IMG/VR virus record: IMGVR_UViG_3300021560_000043
Coordinates: 1 to 34,121 of that record
DNA from: a virus
Lineage: Duplodnaviria > Caudoviricetes
Direction: 5' to 3' (one strand)
DNA: 34,121 nucleotides
The notes beneath the pieces are model-generated. The model did not search any database. It was not told where the DNA came from and saw only the letters and a list, made by a program, of their open reading frames with translations. Each line of letters starts with the position of its first letter. Position 1 is the stretch's first letter. Position numbers and translations under genes: made by a program. This document shows positions 1-9,357 of this stretch, one piece after another.

Positions 1-1
1 C

Positions 2-373
2 CCGTTCGAGCCCAAGGACGAGTTCTACCTACGCGCGATGCATCTCGGCCACACCTTCCCACTCCCCACGAACCTTTCTGAATACTCCGTCGTGGTGGAC
101 GACCTGGATCAACCCATCGCCGCTGCAGGCTACAAACTCGTGCCCGAAATCACGCTTCTCTGCGCCACCAATCCCCACCCCGTCGTGAAGATGAATGCAA
201 TTTCCTTGCTCCATCAGGCGCTTAGGGATAAACTCGGGGCGAATCACACTGAAGCGTTCGCTTTCGTAGAACCATGCTACGAAAGAGCATTCGGTCGGCA
301 CCTTCAGCGACTATTCAACTGGCGGGAAACGTGGAAATGTTTCCGGGTCGGGATTGGAGGCGCTGATGCCTAA
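2..373 (+). CDS. 5'-truncated small virion-module protein, GNAT-like (T7 gp13 / P22 gp14 position)
   Basis: Frame is open from base 2 (PFEPKDEFYLRAMH...). N-terminal PFEPKD and C-terminal 'FGRHLQRLFNW' resemble degenerate GNAT folds; lies directly before the ejection-type genes. Confidence 0.5.
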   Translation, partial: PFEPKDEFYLRAMHLGHTFPLPTNLSEYSVVVDDLDQPIAAAGYKLVPEITLLCATNPHPVVKMNAISLLHQALRDKLGANHTEAFAFVEPCYERAFGRHLQRLFNWRETWKCFRVGIGGADA

Positions 374-926
374 AGGGGTCGCAAAGGACGCATTCGGGAA
401 CTCGGGAACAGCGAATAATCTCCAGAATCAGTACTCCGCAAACGCCGCGAATGTCTACGGCGGCCTTGAACCCACGCTCGCCGCCGAATCCGCTCACCCC
501 ACCGGCCTCACGCCGATGCAGAAGGCGAGCCAGAACACGGCGGCGCAGCAGAGCGCGGGTGGCGGCACCGCTGGCGCAATTGGCGCGGGCAAACTCTACT
601 CCGCGCGGACCCACAACGCCGGTGGGGCGAAGCAGGCCATCGGGCAGGCGGTGCGGGGCGCGGGAGGGAATCTCTCGAACGCGGCGCTCGGGACCGAGCA
701 ACAGGATGCGGCGCTCCAGCAACAGAACCAACGCGCAGCCCGCGCGGGGCTCACATCGCTGAACGCACAACAAACCTCCGCCGGCGAAGGCGCGCTCGGA
801 CTCTCGAACCAAGCGCTCGGCGTGGCGAATCAGGCCGACGCAAACAATCCGTGGATGAAACTTCTTCAGCAGTCTATTCAATCCGGCGGCGAAGTGGCGG
901 CTGCGGCGGCGGGTGCGGGTGGATAA
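366..926 (+). CDS. putative DNA ejection/pilot protein (Ala/Gly/Gln-rich, P22 gp7-like position)
   Basis: ATG 366 after GGAGG (356-360); A/G/Q/N-rich helical low-complexity sequence with no Cys; first of three abutting genes. Confidence 0.55.
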   Translation: MPKGVAKDAFGNSGTANNLQNQYSANAANVYGGLEPTLAAESAHPTGLTPMQKASQNTAAQQSAGGGTAGAIGAGKLYSARTHNAGGAKQAIGQAVRGAGGNLSNAALGTEQQDAALQQQNQRAARAGLTSLNAQQTSAGEGALGLSNQALGVANQADANNPWMKLLQQSIQSGGEVAAAAAGAGG

Positions 927-2501
927 ATGGATCTAGTCAACCCACTCATGACGGAGATTGCCAACCTCTCCCCAGGGGCTCAACAGGCCCTCGTCCATGC
1001 CCATACCGCGATGGGAGGGCCGGGGGCGGCGACCCATGCGGCGACGACACCAGCCCCTTCGCTCGCAGCTCCTTCCGCCCCCTCCACACCCATGATGGGA
1101 GCCTCCGCGCCGCCAAATCTCGGCGAACCCAACGCCCCTACGCTCACTGGACATCACGGTACGAGCCTCACACTCTCTCACGCGACGGAGCCGGGTGCGC
1201 CGCCTGCCATGAGCGCTCCTTCTACGCCGCCCATGCCCTCCCTCTCCGCGCCCTCCATGCCCAGTGTGAGTCCTCCCATTCGCGGCACGGAGCAGGGAGA
1301 CCAACTCGAACGCCAGCGCCTCCTCTCCACCGGCCCTGGAATCGAGCAGATCCACTCCAAGATCGAGAACTCGCAATTCGGCCAGAACCACCCTACGCTC
1401 GGGAAGATTGCGGGATGGGGCGCGGAACTTCCTCTGCGTGCGCTCGAAGCCGCCGGTTCCATGCTCGGCCCGACGCGGACGGCGGAAATGCTCCTCCCCG
1501 GCACCACCGCCCATCACGCGCTGGAACTTCGCAACCTGAACTCGCAAATTGGACATGAGGCGGAGGAGAATTTGAAGGGGGCGCAGGCTGGGGAAGCGGG
1601 AGCGCGCGCGGGACTCGCGACGGAGCAGACGAATCTCGCTCCGGGTGAGGCTGCGAGCAGAGAAGCACAAGAAGCCGCTACAGTTCGAAATCTAGACTCC
1701 GAAGTTCAGGCACGCTCGCAGGGAGAGTTGGAAGTACACGACACTGATGCTGGCCCCTTGCTCATCAACAAGAAGACAGGCGCAGCGCAGCACGTAGACC
1801 TCAACGGGCAGCCCGTCGGCCCGAAGCTGAAGCTCACGCAGTCTCAGCCGATCATTGACCCTAAAGACGGGCAGCCCCACACCTACATGCTGGACGAGAA
1901 GGGGAACAAAGTCGTTGATCTCGGCAAGCACTACGAGCGTCCCATCAACGTCAATGCAGGATCGAATCACGAATTTGCAATGAACGAGCGTGGTCGTGGA
2001 CTTCTGGACAAAGCCGAAGGAAATTACCGTACTGCGCAACAAGGCGCACAAACAATTCGCGCCATGATTGATGATGCGATGCACAGCGGAAAGATCAGCG
2101 CGCGCGTCCTTCCCTTGGAAGGCGCGTTGGAAGTTACTGGAGCTAACGGCGTCCACCGTATCAACCGCACAGAAGTTGAGCAGTACGCAGGCGCGGGGAG
2201 CTTGTTTGACCGGCTTATGGGTTCGCTGCGCGGCGCGGAGAGTGGCATTCCCTTCACCAACGAAATCATGCAGGATATGAAGCGGTTGGCGGATATTCAG
2301 GAACGTGGCGCGTATGCCAACTACAAAGGAGCCTACGACTCCGCGACGAAGCGTTACCACCTTGAGGACGAGCAGGCGTTGCCGGAGCCGGGTGGAAGCG
2401 GCGGCAACAACATCACCGTCACCGCACCGAACGGAAAATCCTATTCCTTCAAAGATCAAGCCTCAGCGGATGCGTTCAAGGCAAAGGCGGGGATCAAATA
2501 A
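927..2501 (+). CDS. putative internal virion/ejection protein
   Basis: 524 aa, starts immediately after the previous stop (TAAATG); Pro/Ala/Ser/Met-rich N-terminus, helical C-half, no Cys. Confidence 0.55.
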   Translation: MDLVNPLMTEIANLSPGAQQALVHAHTAMGGPGAATHAATTPAPSLAAPSAPSTPMMGASAPPNLGEPNAPTLTGHHGTSLTLSHATEPGAPPAMSAPSTPPMPSLSAPSMPSVSPPIRGTEQGDQLERQRLLSTGPGIEQIHSKIENSQFGQNHPTLGKIAGWGAELPLRALEAAGSMLGPTRTAEMLLPGTTAHHALELRNLNSQIGHEAEENLKGAQAGEAGARAGLATEQTNLAPGEAASREAQEAATVRNLDSEVQARSQGELEVHDTDAGPLLINKKTGAAQHVDLNGQPVGPKLKLTQSQPIIDPKDGQPHTYMLDEKGNKVVDLGKHYERPINVNAGSNHEFAMNERGRGLLDKAEGNYRTAQQGAQTIRAMIDDAMHSGKISARVLPLEGALEVTGANGVHRINRTEVEQYAGAGSLFDRLMGSLRGAESGIPFTNEIMQDMKRLADIQERGAYANYKGAYDSATKRYHLEDEQALPEPGGSGGNNITVTAPNGKSYSFKDQASADAFKAKAGIK

Positions 2502-4139
2502 ATGGGAACGACTCCGATCAATTACGACGCACTGGCCAAGCAGAACGGCGGACAGGCTGCACAAGCTGGGTCAGTGGATTACGACGCGCTAGCTGCACAG
2601 CATGGGGGGAGTGCGGTGAGTTCGGACCAAAATCAGCCCACACCTCCGCAGCCGCCGCCGCAAGAAGGTTTCCTCCACTCCCTCGGCTCGCAGTTCGGTC
2701 TCACCCCGGAAGCGGGTGAGCAACAGCGACAGGAGATGATGCAACATCCCATTCGCACAGGACTCAAGGCGCTTGCAGGACCGGCGCTTCCCGCTGCGGA
2801 AGGGCTATTCGACTACGGCAAGCGCGCCGTAGGCGACGTGTACGACGCGGGGAAATCGCTTCTCAATCACAACCCTACGAAAGCCACTCTGGATGCCGTG
2901 GACGCGATTCCCATCGTTGGCCCTGCGGAGATCAAGACTGCGAATCAAGTCAGCAGTGGTGACTATGGCGGCGCTGCAGGGACTCTCCTCGGAAGCTCGG
3001 CACAAGCCGCGGCTGGGCTACTCGGTGGCCTAGACTCCGTTGCGCCGGGACGGCCTCTCGTTGCGCCGATTCGTCCACTGGCGATTGGCAATCCTGACGC
3101 CGCTGCGCTGCGTGGTCTCCAAGTCGGTCCAAAATCTCCCGACCAACTCAGCAAGATTGAGTCCATCCATCAGGCACGCCCTTTTGTGGCAGGTGCGAAA
3201 TCTCAGGCTGATATGCAGGCGCGTCTCCCGCCTGTAATGAACGAGGTGTGGACGCCATACAGAGAAGGGCTTGCCGCACTCAAAGGAAGGCCCATCCAAG
3301 GCCCAGAAGGAATCACCTCTGCCGAAGCGCTTGAGGCAGAGCGGATGCGTCTCTCTGCGCTGAATCGCGGCGTGAGAAACAATGTTCCTTCCGCATTGCA
3401 GGAAGTCATGCAACAGCAACGCACACCCGCACAGTTGATTGAACGTGAGGAGCAGTTTCAGCGTGCGCTCGATCCTCATCTCGAATCGGTGGGAATCAAA
3501 CCGGGTCTGATTCGACAGACTTATGGCAGCCTCGCTGATGTGCGCTCAGGAGTTGAGGGAAAGACGACGCTCAACGAGAAGCCGCAACCTTCTGGATTCG
3601 GTCGGATGATGAACCTCAAAGCAACGGAGCCTCGAACCTTTATCGGCGAACCCATGTCAGGTCTGCGCGACATCCTCGCAGGCCGTCCGTGGTGGAGCGC
3701 CAAGCCAACGGATCTCGGCATTCGCGAGGGATTCGCGCAGGGAGGGCCGAAGCCCAATTTTGGTGCAGTACAGCGCGACGCCTTTGGTGCTCCTCGCGCT
3801 CCTGCGCCGCGCGGCCTTCTTGGGGAGCCAACAATTGAACTCGGTGCGCCGCCTGAACGTGGTGGAACTCCTGAAGGCTACCGTCCGCCTCCCTTCTATC
3901 ACGACACCACTCCCATGCGCACGGGACGGTTGCTGAAGGCACCGCCGATTCAGCTTGGTGGTGCTGTAGAAGGCCCGAAAGGCCCACCAGTACGCTACGA
4001 CACAACGCCCATGCGTCAGGGCCGCATTCTGCCTCCGCCTACGCCCGACACTCCACTCTCCTCCCACGCGGACATCTTCCCCGAGCAACGCCCCGGAAGC
4101 ACGCTCCTGCGGAAGAAAACCATCGAGGGAAAGAAATGA
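2502..4139 (+). CDS. putative internal virion/ejection protein
   Basis: 545 aa; N-terminal duplicated YDALAxQxGG motif, Gly/Ala-rich amphipathic segment, Pro-rich C-terminal duplication; no Cys. Confidence 0.55.
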   Translation: MGTTPINYDALAKQNGGQAAQAGSVDYDALAAQHGGSAVSSDQNQPTPPQPPPQEGFLHSLGSQFGLTPEAGEQQRQEMMQHPIRTGLKALAGPALPAAEGLFDYGKRAVGDVYDAGKSLLNHNPTKATLDAVDAIPIVGPAEIKTANQVSSGDYGGAAGTLLGSSAQAAAGLLGGLDSVAPGRPLVAPIRPLAIGNPDAAALRGLQVGPKSPDQLSKIESIHQARPFVAGAKSQADMQARLPPVMNEVWTPYREGLAALKGRPIQGPEGITSAEALEAERMRLSALNRGVRNNVPSALQEVMQQQRTPAQLIEREEQFQRALDPHLESVGIKPGLIRQTYGSLADVRSGVEGKTTLNEKPQPSGFGRMMNLKATEPRTFIGEPMSGLRDILAGRPWWSAKPTDLGIREGFAQGGPKPNFGAVQRDAFGAPRAPAPRGLLGEPTIELGAPPERGGTPEGYRPPPFYHDTTPMRTGRLLKAPPIQLGGAVEGPKGPPVRYDTTPMRQGRILPPPTPDTPLSSHADIFPEQRPGSTLLRKKTIEGKK

Positions 4140-6403
4140 AAAAACTCCTCTTCACTCTCGTCGGTCTCTTTCTGATGGCCCCCATCGCGCGCTCTCAAGC
4201 CGTCCGCTGGGACTCGCACGCGCTCACCATCAACTCCTCCGCCCCGCTCCCTGGCGCGCTCTACCCCGTTCTGGCCATCACGTCCGCCACGGTCTCTATC
4301 TGCAATTACTCCGCGACGGACGCCTGCCCGACGCTCGCGACGACGTACACGGATGCGACAGGCACCACTGCCTGCCCCACCACCGCGCAACTCACCGCAT
4401 CTCAATCCGCGATCTGCACTCCGAACACGGATGCGGAGGGGGCGATTGGAGCGTGGCTGACCGCGGGGACATATCAATACAACATCACCACATCCTATGG
4501 GCAATTTGGGCCGTTTCAGTTCTCAGTTGGTGCAGGTGGAGGGGGTGGTGGTGGAGGTTGCGGCCCGCTCTCCGGCGATGCTACCTCTACCAACTGCGGC
4601 AATGGGAACTTTGTCTCGGCTGGCACCACGAGCAAGGATCAGGCTTACGGCTATACGAACATGGGATCGCTTACTAATCCCACATTCTCAGTCGCCATTG
4701 GGAATAACTCGCTCATCACGGGCAGCGGGAATAACTCAGACATCGTGGCAGTGGGGGACTTTGCGGCGAACAACATCGCTGGCAGCACAGACCTGATTGC
4801 TCTCGGCGACTCGCCCGCAGAGAACGTCAATATCGACACGGGTATATGCATCGGCTTGTCGGCGTGCAGCGAGGCAAACGGCGGGAGCATTACGACGGGA
4901 AGCGATCTTATCGCCCTTGGCAATACGGCCCTTGGCGAAACCGTTGGCAACACGGCAATGAACAACATCATCGCCATCGGGCAAGCGGCTGCGCTTCATT
5001 TGAATGCCAGCAGCGGGACGAACACGGAAGTCATCGCGATTGGCGATGGCGCAGCGAACGGCTATACCGCAGCCGTCAACAATGTCATTGCGGTTGGGAA
5101 CGGCGCTGGTTCGTACAACAATGCAAGCACAGGAGCCTTTGCGCCTTCCGATTTGGTGGCTCTCGGCGATGGGGCTGGGGCGGAGTTCGGTGGTTCTCTC
5201 GCGGTGGGTGTGGGTATCTCCTCCGCCTCGCACTTTGCGGCAGGCTCACACGACATTGTGGGCGTCGGCAACAGTGCGGCCACGGGTTCGATCACGGGCG
5301 ACACCCCCGAAGTCTTCCCGGTTGTGCATGATGTTATCGGTCTCGGCCAGGGGGCGGCGGCTCGCATCTCCGGCAACGAAAACATCGCTTTGGGCGACTG
5401 GTCGCTTGGTCAAACCAACTGCGGCTCCGGCTTCACCGGAACTACGGGGATCGACAACGTGGCGATGGGCGACCATGCGCTCGCTGCGAACGGCTCCGGC
5501 GCGGGCAACGTGGCTATCGGCTACTTCTCCGGCTCGAACGGATGGACAGACTGCAATCCGGGCGATGCAGGGAACTCGAACATCAGCGGCGTTCACAATA
5601 CGTGGGTGGGCTACGGCACCGGCCCCAACACCGCCACACAACTCTCCAACACCATTGCCCTCGGGTTCAACGCACAGGTCAGCGCGAGCAACCAGATGGT
5701 GCTCGGGAATTCGTCGATTACACAGACGAAGCTCTTTGGCTGCCCCTCGGGGCAGGCGGTTGAGGCTGATGGAAGCGGAACGTGCTTCACTCCGGGCGGA
5801 GGCTCCGGCCTCACCCTCACCACCACCGGAACATCGGGTGCGGCGACCCTCGTCGGGAGCACGCTGAATATTCCCGTCTATTCGGGCGGTGGATCGGGTG
5901 CGCTTACAAGAATTGCGCAGACGATAGTTAGCGGCACGACAACCACGGCGATTACCTTCTCGTCCATCCCTGGGACATTTACAAACCTGCGCGTCGTGTT
6001 CGTGGGCCAGACGAGCAATGGAAGTGCCGACGTGCTCCAACTTCAATTTAATGGAGACGCCGGTTCTCACTACAGCTATGGCGCTGTCTACAACGCGGGT
6101 GGCACCACCGCATCCGCCTACAACGGCGGACCAGCCACCTCGATCAACCTTGGTGGAATTGTTCCCACAACGTCTACAAGCTACCCCGGAATTATCGAAC
6201 TGACGGTACCCCTCTATGCGGGAACCACATTCAATAAGGTGGCGGTCGGCATCGTGTCCGTGGGTGCGAGTACCAATTCGGGAGCGCAGACCGATGGCGG
6301 GTCATGGGCCAGCACCGCAGCCATTACCTCCCTAACGCTAACGCTGAGCAGCGCTGGTCACTTCATCGCAGGTACGACGGCAACACTCTACGGGGAACAG
6401 TAA
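4136..6403 (+). CDS. tail fibre/adhesin-like protein with signal peptide, YadA-head-like repeats and phage-fibre-type C-terminal domain
   Basis: MKKLLFTLVGLFLMAPIARS|Q signal peptide; Cys-containing N-domain; many (I/V)A(I/L/V)G repeats; C-terminal ITFSSIPGTFTNL...FNGD...TAAITSLTL...TLYG domain I recognise from phage tail proteins. ATGA overlap with the upstream gene. Confidence 0.7.
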   Translation: MKKLLFTLVGLFLMAPIARSQAVRWDSHALTINSSAPLPGALYPVLAITSATVSICNYSATDACPTLATTYTDATGTTACPTTAQLTASQSAICTPNTDAEGAIGAWLTAGTYQYNITTSYGQFGPFQFSVGAGGGGGGGGCGPLSGDATSTNCGNGNFVSAGTTSKDQAYGYTNMGSLTNPTFSVAIGNNSLITGSGNNSDIVAVGDFAANNIAGSTDLIALGDSPAENVNIDTGICIGLSACSEANGGSITTGSDLIALGNTALGETVGNTAMNNIIAIGQAAALHLNASSGTNTEVIAIGDGAANGYTAAVNNVIAVGNGAGSYNNASTGAFAPSDLVALGDGAGAEFGGSLAVGVGISSASHFAAGSHDIVGVGNSAATGSITGDTPEVFPVVHDVIGLGQGAAARISGNENIALGDWSLGQTNCGSGFTGTTGIDNVAMGDHALAANGSGAGNVAIGYFSGSNGWTDCNPGDAGNSNISGVHNTWVGYGTGPNTATQLSNTIALGFNAQVSASNQMVLGNSSITQTKLFGCPSGQAVEADGSGTCFTPGGGSGLTLTTTGTSGAATLVGSTLNIPVYSGGGSGALTRIAQTIVSGTTTTAITFSSIPGTFTNLRVVFVGQTSNGSADVLQLQFNGDAGSHYSYGAVYNAGGTTASAYNGGPATSINLGGIVPTTSTSYPGIIELTVPLYAGTTFNKVAVGIVSVGASTNSGAQTDGGSWASTAAITSLTLTLSSAGHFIAGTTATLYGEQ

Positions 6404-6412
6404 GGAGAACAA

Positions 6413-9355
6413 ATGAAACGCTGGATACAACTCGGAGTTCTCCTTCTTCTCCCGCTGATGGCGAATGCGCAGGCCGTACGATTCAGCGGGAACGTATATA
6501 CGCTCAATTCCTCCGCGCCGTTGCCCGGAGCGTTGTATCCAGTGCTCGCGAATACGAGTGCCACCGTCGCGATCTGCACTTACTCAAGCGCCACCTGCGC
6601 CGCCACCGTCACCACCTACACCGACGCGACCGAAGCTACCGCCTGCGCGACAACGGCGCAACTCACCCCGCCTGCCTCCGGCGCGTGTACGGCGAATGTC
6701 AATGCGGACGGTACGTTCGGCGGGTGGATCGCCCCCGGCACGTATCAATACGTCATCACCACGCGGGGGAAGACCTTGGGACCGTTCCCCTTCACGGTAG
6801 GCGGGACGGGCGGAGGCGGCAGCGGCACCGTCACGAGCTTCGCCGCACCGTCAGGAAGCTGGCCGACATGGTTAGTTCCCACCGTCACGAACCCCACCAC
6901 CACGCCCTCTCTCGCGGTGGCTGCGAGTCCCATTCCGAACGCCGCGCTCGCGAACGCATCGACGACGGTGAATGGACAGACCTGCACGCTCGGCAGCACG
7001 TGCACGATCACGACCTCGTTTCCGAGTGGCACCGCCAACCAACTCCTCTACTACGCCTCCAGCGGGACGACGCTCACGCCGTTGACGCTCGGGACAAATC
7101 TCTCCATCACCTCCGGCACCTTGAACGCCGCCAACCCTACGTTCTCCGCCATCCAAAGTGGAACGAACCTCGCGGCTGCGATGCTCGTGGGCACCGGCGC
7201 ATCCCTCAACTACACCGGCTCCGGCACTATCAACTCCTCCTCCGTCGGCGGCGTGGCTCTGAGCGGCCTTTGCCAAACCTCCGGCGCGGGATGCCCTTCC
7301 AGCGGCTCGACGGCGTTCTCCGCCATCACGTCAGGAACGAATACCGCCGCCACCATGACGGTCGGAACCGGGGCCTCCCTCGTCCCCAGCGGAACCGGCG
7401 CGATCCAAGCCACGAACATCGCCTCCACCATCGTAGCGGGGACCAACATCACCATCACCGGCTCGGGCACCGTTGCCAGCCCCTACTCCATCGCCGCCAG
7501 TGGCAGCGTGGGCACGACGTTCAACTCCATCTCTACCGGCACCAACACGACCGCGACAATGACCGTGGGGACGGGAGCCACCATCACCTATTCCGGCTCA
7601 GGCGTGGTGAATGCCTCCACCCTCGGCGGAGTGGCGCTCTCGGGATTGTGCCAAACGGGTGGAACAGGGTGTCCCCAACTCCCCATCACCATCACTCCGG
7701 TTTCACATCAATGGCTGAACTCTTACACTTCCACCACGGGCCTTTTCACCCAGACTCAGCCCGCCTTCAGCGATCTCAGCGGACAGGCATCCCTGACGCA
7801 ACTTCCTACCCTCAGCGCGAACACAGTACTTGGCGCGGTCACGGCTACAACGCCTAGCGGCTTGGCGATGCCTTCGTGCTCTACGGGGGCGAGTGCCTTG
7901 ACGTGGACAACGGGAACCGGATTTGGCTGCAATAACATCGCGGGCATCACTCTCCAGACGAACGGAGTCAACAACACGTCGCAGACCGCGCTGAACTTCA
8001 TCACCTCCACCGTCAACACTACGGGCCTCACTGTCACGCCTTCGAACCCAGCCACGGGCAATGAAAAGTTTGAGATCGCGGGCAACATCAACAACGCCAA
8101 CCTCGCCACCCAGACAGCGAACACGGTGCTAGGAGCGTTGACCGCAACCACGCCTTCGGGGCTCGCCATGCCGTCCTGCTCCACGGGGTCCAGCGCCCTA
8201 ACGTGGACATCCGGCACGGGCTTTGGATGTAACACAATTTCCGGCTCGGGAACCGTCAACAGCGGCACGGCAAATCACATCGCTTGGTACGCAGCTACGG
8301 GTACAGCCGTCAGCAGCGATGCGAACCTTGACGATGGGGCAACGACGGCTGGCACACTAACCTATGCGGGTACGGGAGGAATTACAGCCTCCGCTGGCCC
8401 GCTGACCTCCGCTCCTGCCTCTGGCAAGGCTGGCATCCTCTCTCTCGCGTCGAATACCACGAATCCAACACTGACTGCCGGCGACTTCTCACTTCTTGGC
8501 GCACCTTCCGCCTCCGTCACGGCGTTTGCGTGGCAGGTGCCCACGGCGACCAACGCCAGCGCGGGCGTGTTGCATGTCGCGGCGAATGTCAGTGGAGTGT
8601 CGGCGCTCTCCGTCTCGACGGTTGCGAATGCTGATCTTGCTAACTCCTCAGTGACGTACAACGGGCAGACGGTGGCGCTCGGCGCGACGGGCAATGTGAA
8701 CTCCGGGGCGACGGCGCACACGGTTGCTGTGAACGAAGGCAACGGCAATGCTATCGCAGGAGTCGGACCAGGGACGGCGAAGCAAATCCTTACCTCGGGC
8801 GGTTCTGGTGCCGACCCCACATACATCGACTTCCCAATGAACTACATCATTCCGGCGGCGAACTGCAACAACGTCACGGCGGGCGCAAGCTGGAGTCTTC
8901 CTGCTTCCGCAGCGCCAACCGCCGCCTGCCGCACGGGCACCAACACCAACTACGGCGTGCTTCAATACGCAGCTTCCAACACGGCGCAGTTCCAAGTGAA
9001 CCTCCCTGCTGACTACGACTCCTCGGGCACGGTCTATGCGCTGATTCACTTCACTCAAGGGGCAAACACCACTAGCGGCCAAACGATCATCATGCAGATG
9101 GCGACGGCGTGCTCGACTACGACCGACGATCCTTCCTTCAACACGGCGCAGAGCTTCGCCACAGCGACGACCGTGACGACGGCAAACACACCTTATGACG
9201 AAACACTCTCCAGCGTGACCATGACCGGTTGCACGGCGGGTCATCCATTGAATGTGAAGATTCTCCGCTCCGGCTCCGACACTGCAACGACTGCGCCGAA
9301 CGTGGCGTATGTGTCGCTCACCATTCCACGACTGTTGACGAATCAGGCGAACTAA
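6413..9355 (+). CDS. tail fibre-like protein with signal peptide and internal repeats
   Basis: AAGGAG RBS; MKRWIQLGVLLLLPLMANA|Q; N-domain paralogous to 4136..6403; Thr/Gly/Ser-rich repeats; 18 Cys. Confidence 0.7.
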   Translation: MKRWIQLGVLLLLPLMANAQAVRFSGNVYTLNSSAPLPGALYPVLANTSATVAICTYSSATCAATVTTYTDATEATACATTAQLTPPASGACTANVNADGTFGGWIAPGTYQYVITTRGKTLGPFPFTVGGTGGGGSGTVTSFAAPSGSWPTWLVPTVTNPTTTPSLAVAASPIPNAALANASTTVNGQTCTLGSTCTITTSFPSGTANQLLYYASSGTTLTPLTLGTNLSITSGTLNAANPTFSAIQSGTNLAAAMLVGTGASLNYTGSGTINSSSVGGVALSGLCQTSGAGCPSSGSTAFSAITSGTNTAATMTVGTGASLVPSGTGAIQATNIASTIVAGTNITITGSGTVASPYSIAASGSVGTTFNSISTGTNTTATMTVGTGATITYSGSGVVNASTLGGVALSGLCQTGGTGCPQLPITITPVSHQWLNSYTSTTGLFTQTQPAFSDLSGQASLTQLPTLSANTVLGAVTATTPSGLAMPSCSTGASALTWTTGTGFGCNNIAGITLQTNGVNNTSQTALNFITSTVNTTGLTVTPSNPATGNEKFEIAGNINNANLATQTANTVLGALTATTPSGLAMPSCSTGSSALTWTSGTGFGCNTISGSGTVNSGTANHIAWYAATGTAVSSDANLDDGATTAGTLTYAGTGGITASAGPLTSAPASGKAGILSLASNTTNPTLTAGDFSLLGAPSASVTAFAWQVPTATNASAGVLHVAANVSGVSALSVSTVANADLANSSVTYNGQTVALGATGNVNSGATAHTVAVNEGNGNAIAGVGPGTAKQILTSGGSGADPTYIDFPMNYIIPAANCNNVTAGASWSLPASAAPTAACRTGTNTNYGVLQYAASNTAQFQVNLPADYDSSGTVYALIHFTQGANTTSGQTIIMQMATACSTTTDDPSFNTAQSFATATTVTTANTPYDETLSSVTMTGCTAGHPLNVKILRSGSDTATTAPNVAYVSLTIPRLLTNQAN

Positions 9356-9357
9356 CG

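Noticed and set aside
933-2459. Long minus-strand ORFs (933..1670, 1692..2459)
   Set aside because: Antisense shadows of a GC-rich coding region inside a tightly coupled + operon.
4530-4560. G-rich run as a phase-variation tract
   Set aside because: Mixed GGN codons of a poly-Gly linker, not a long homopolymer.
4136-6403. Trimeric autotransporter adhesin
   Set aside because: No C-terminal beta-barrel anchor; ends in a phage-fibre-type domain.
6304-7857. 517-aa alternative-frame ORF rich in Arg/His
   Set aside because: Shadow frame of the Thr/Gly-rich fibre gene caused by codon bias; no RBS or domain pattern.
7140-8235. DGR template/variable repeat pair
   Set aside because: Repeats are in-frame protein repeats with mainly synonymous differences, not adenine-specific, and no reverse transcriptase is present.
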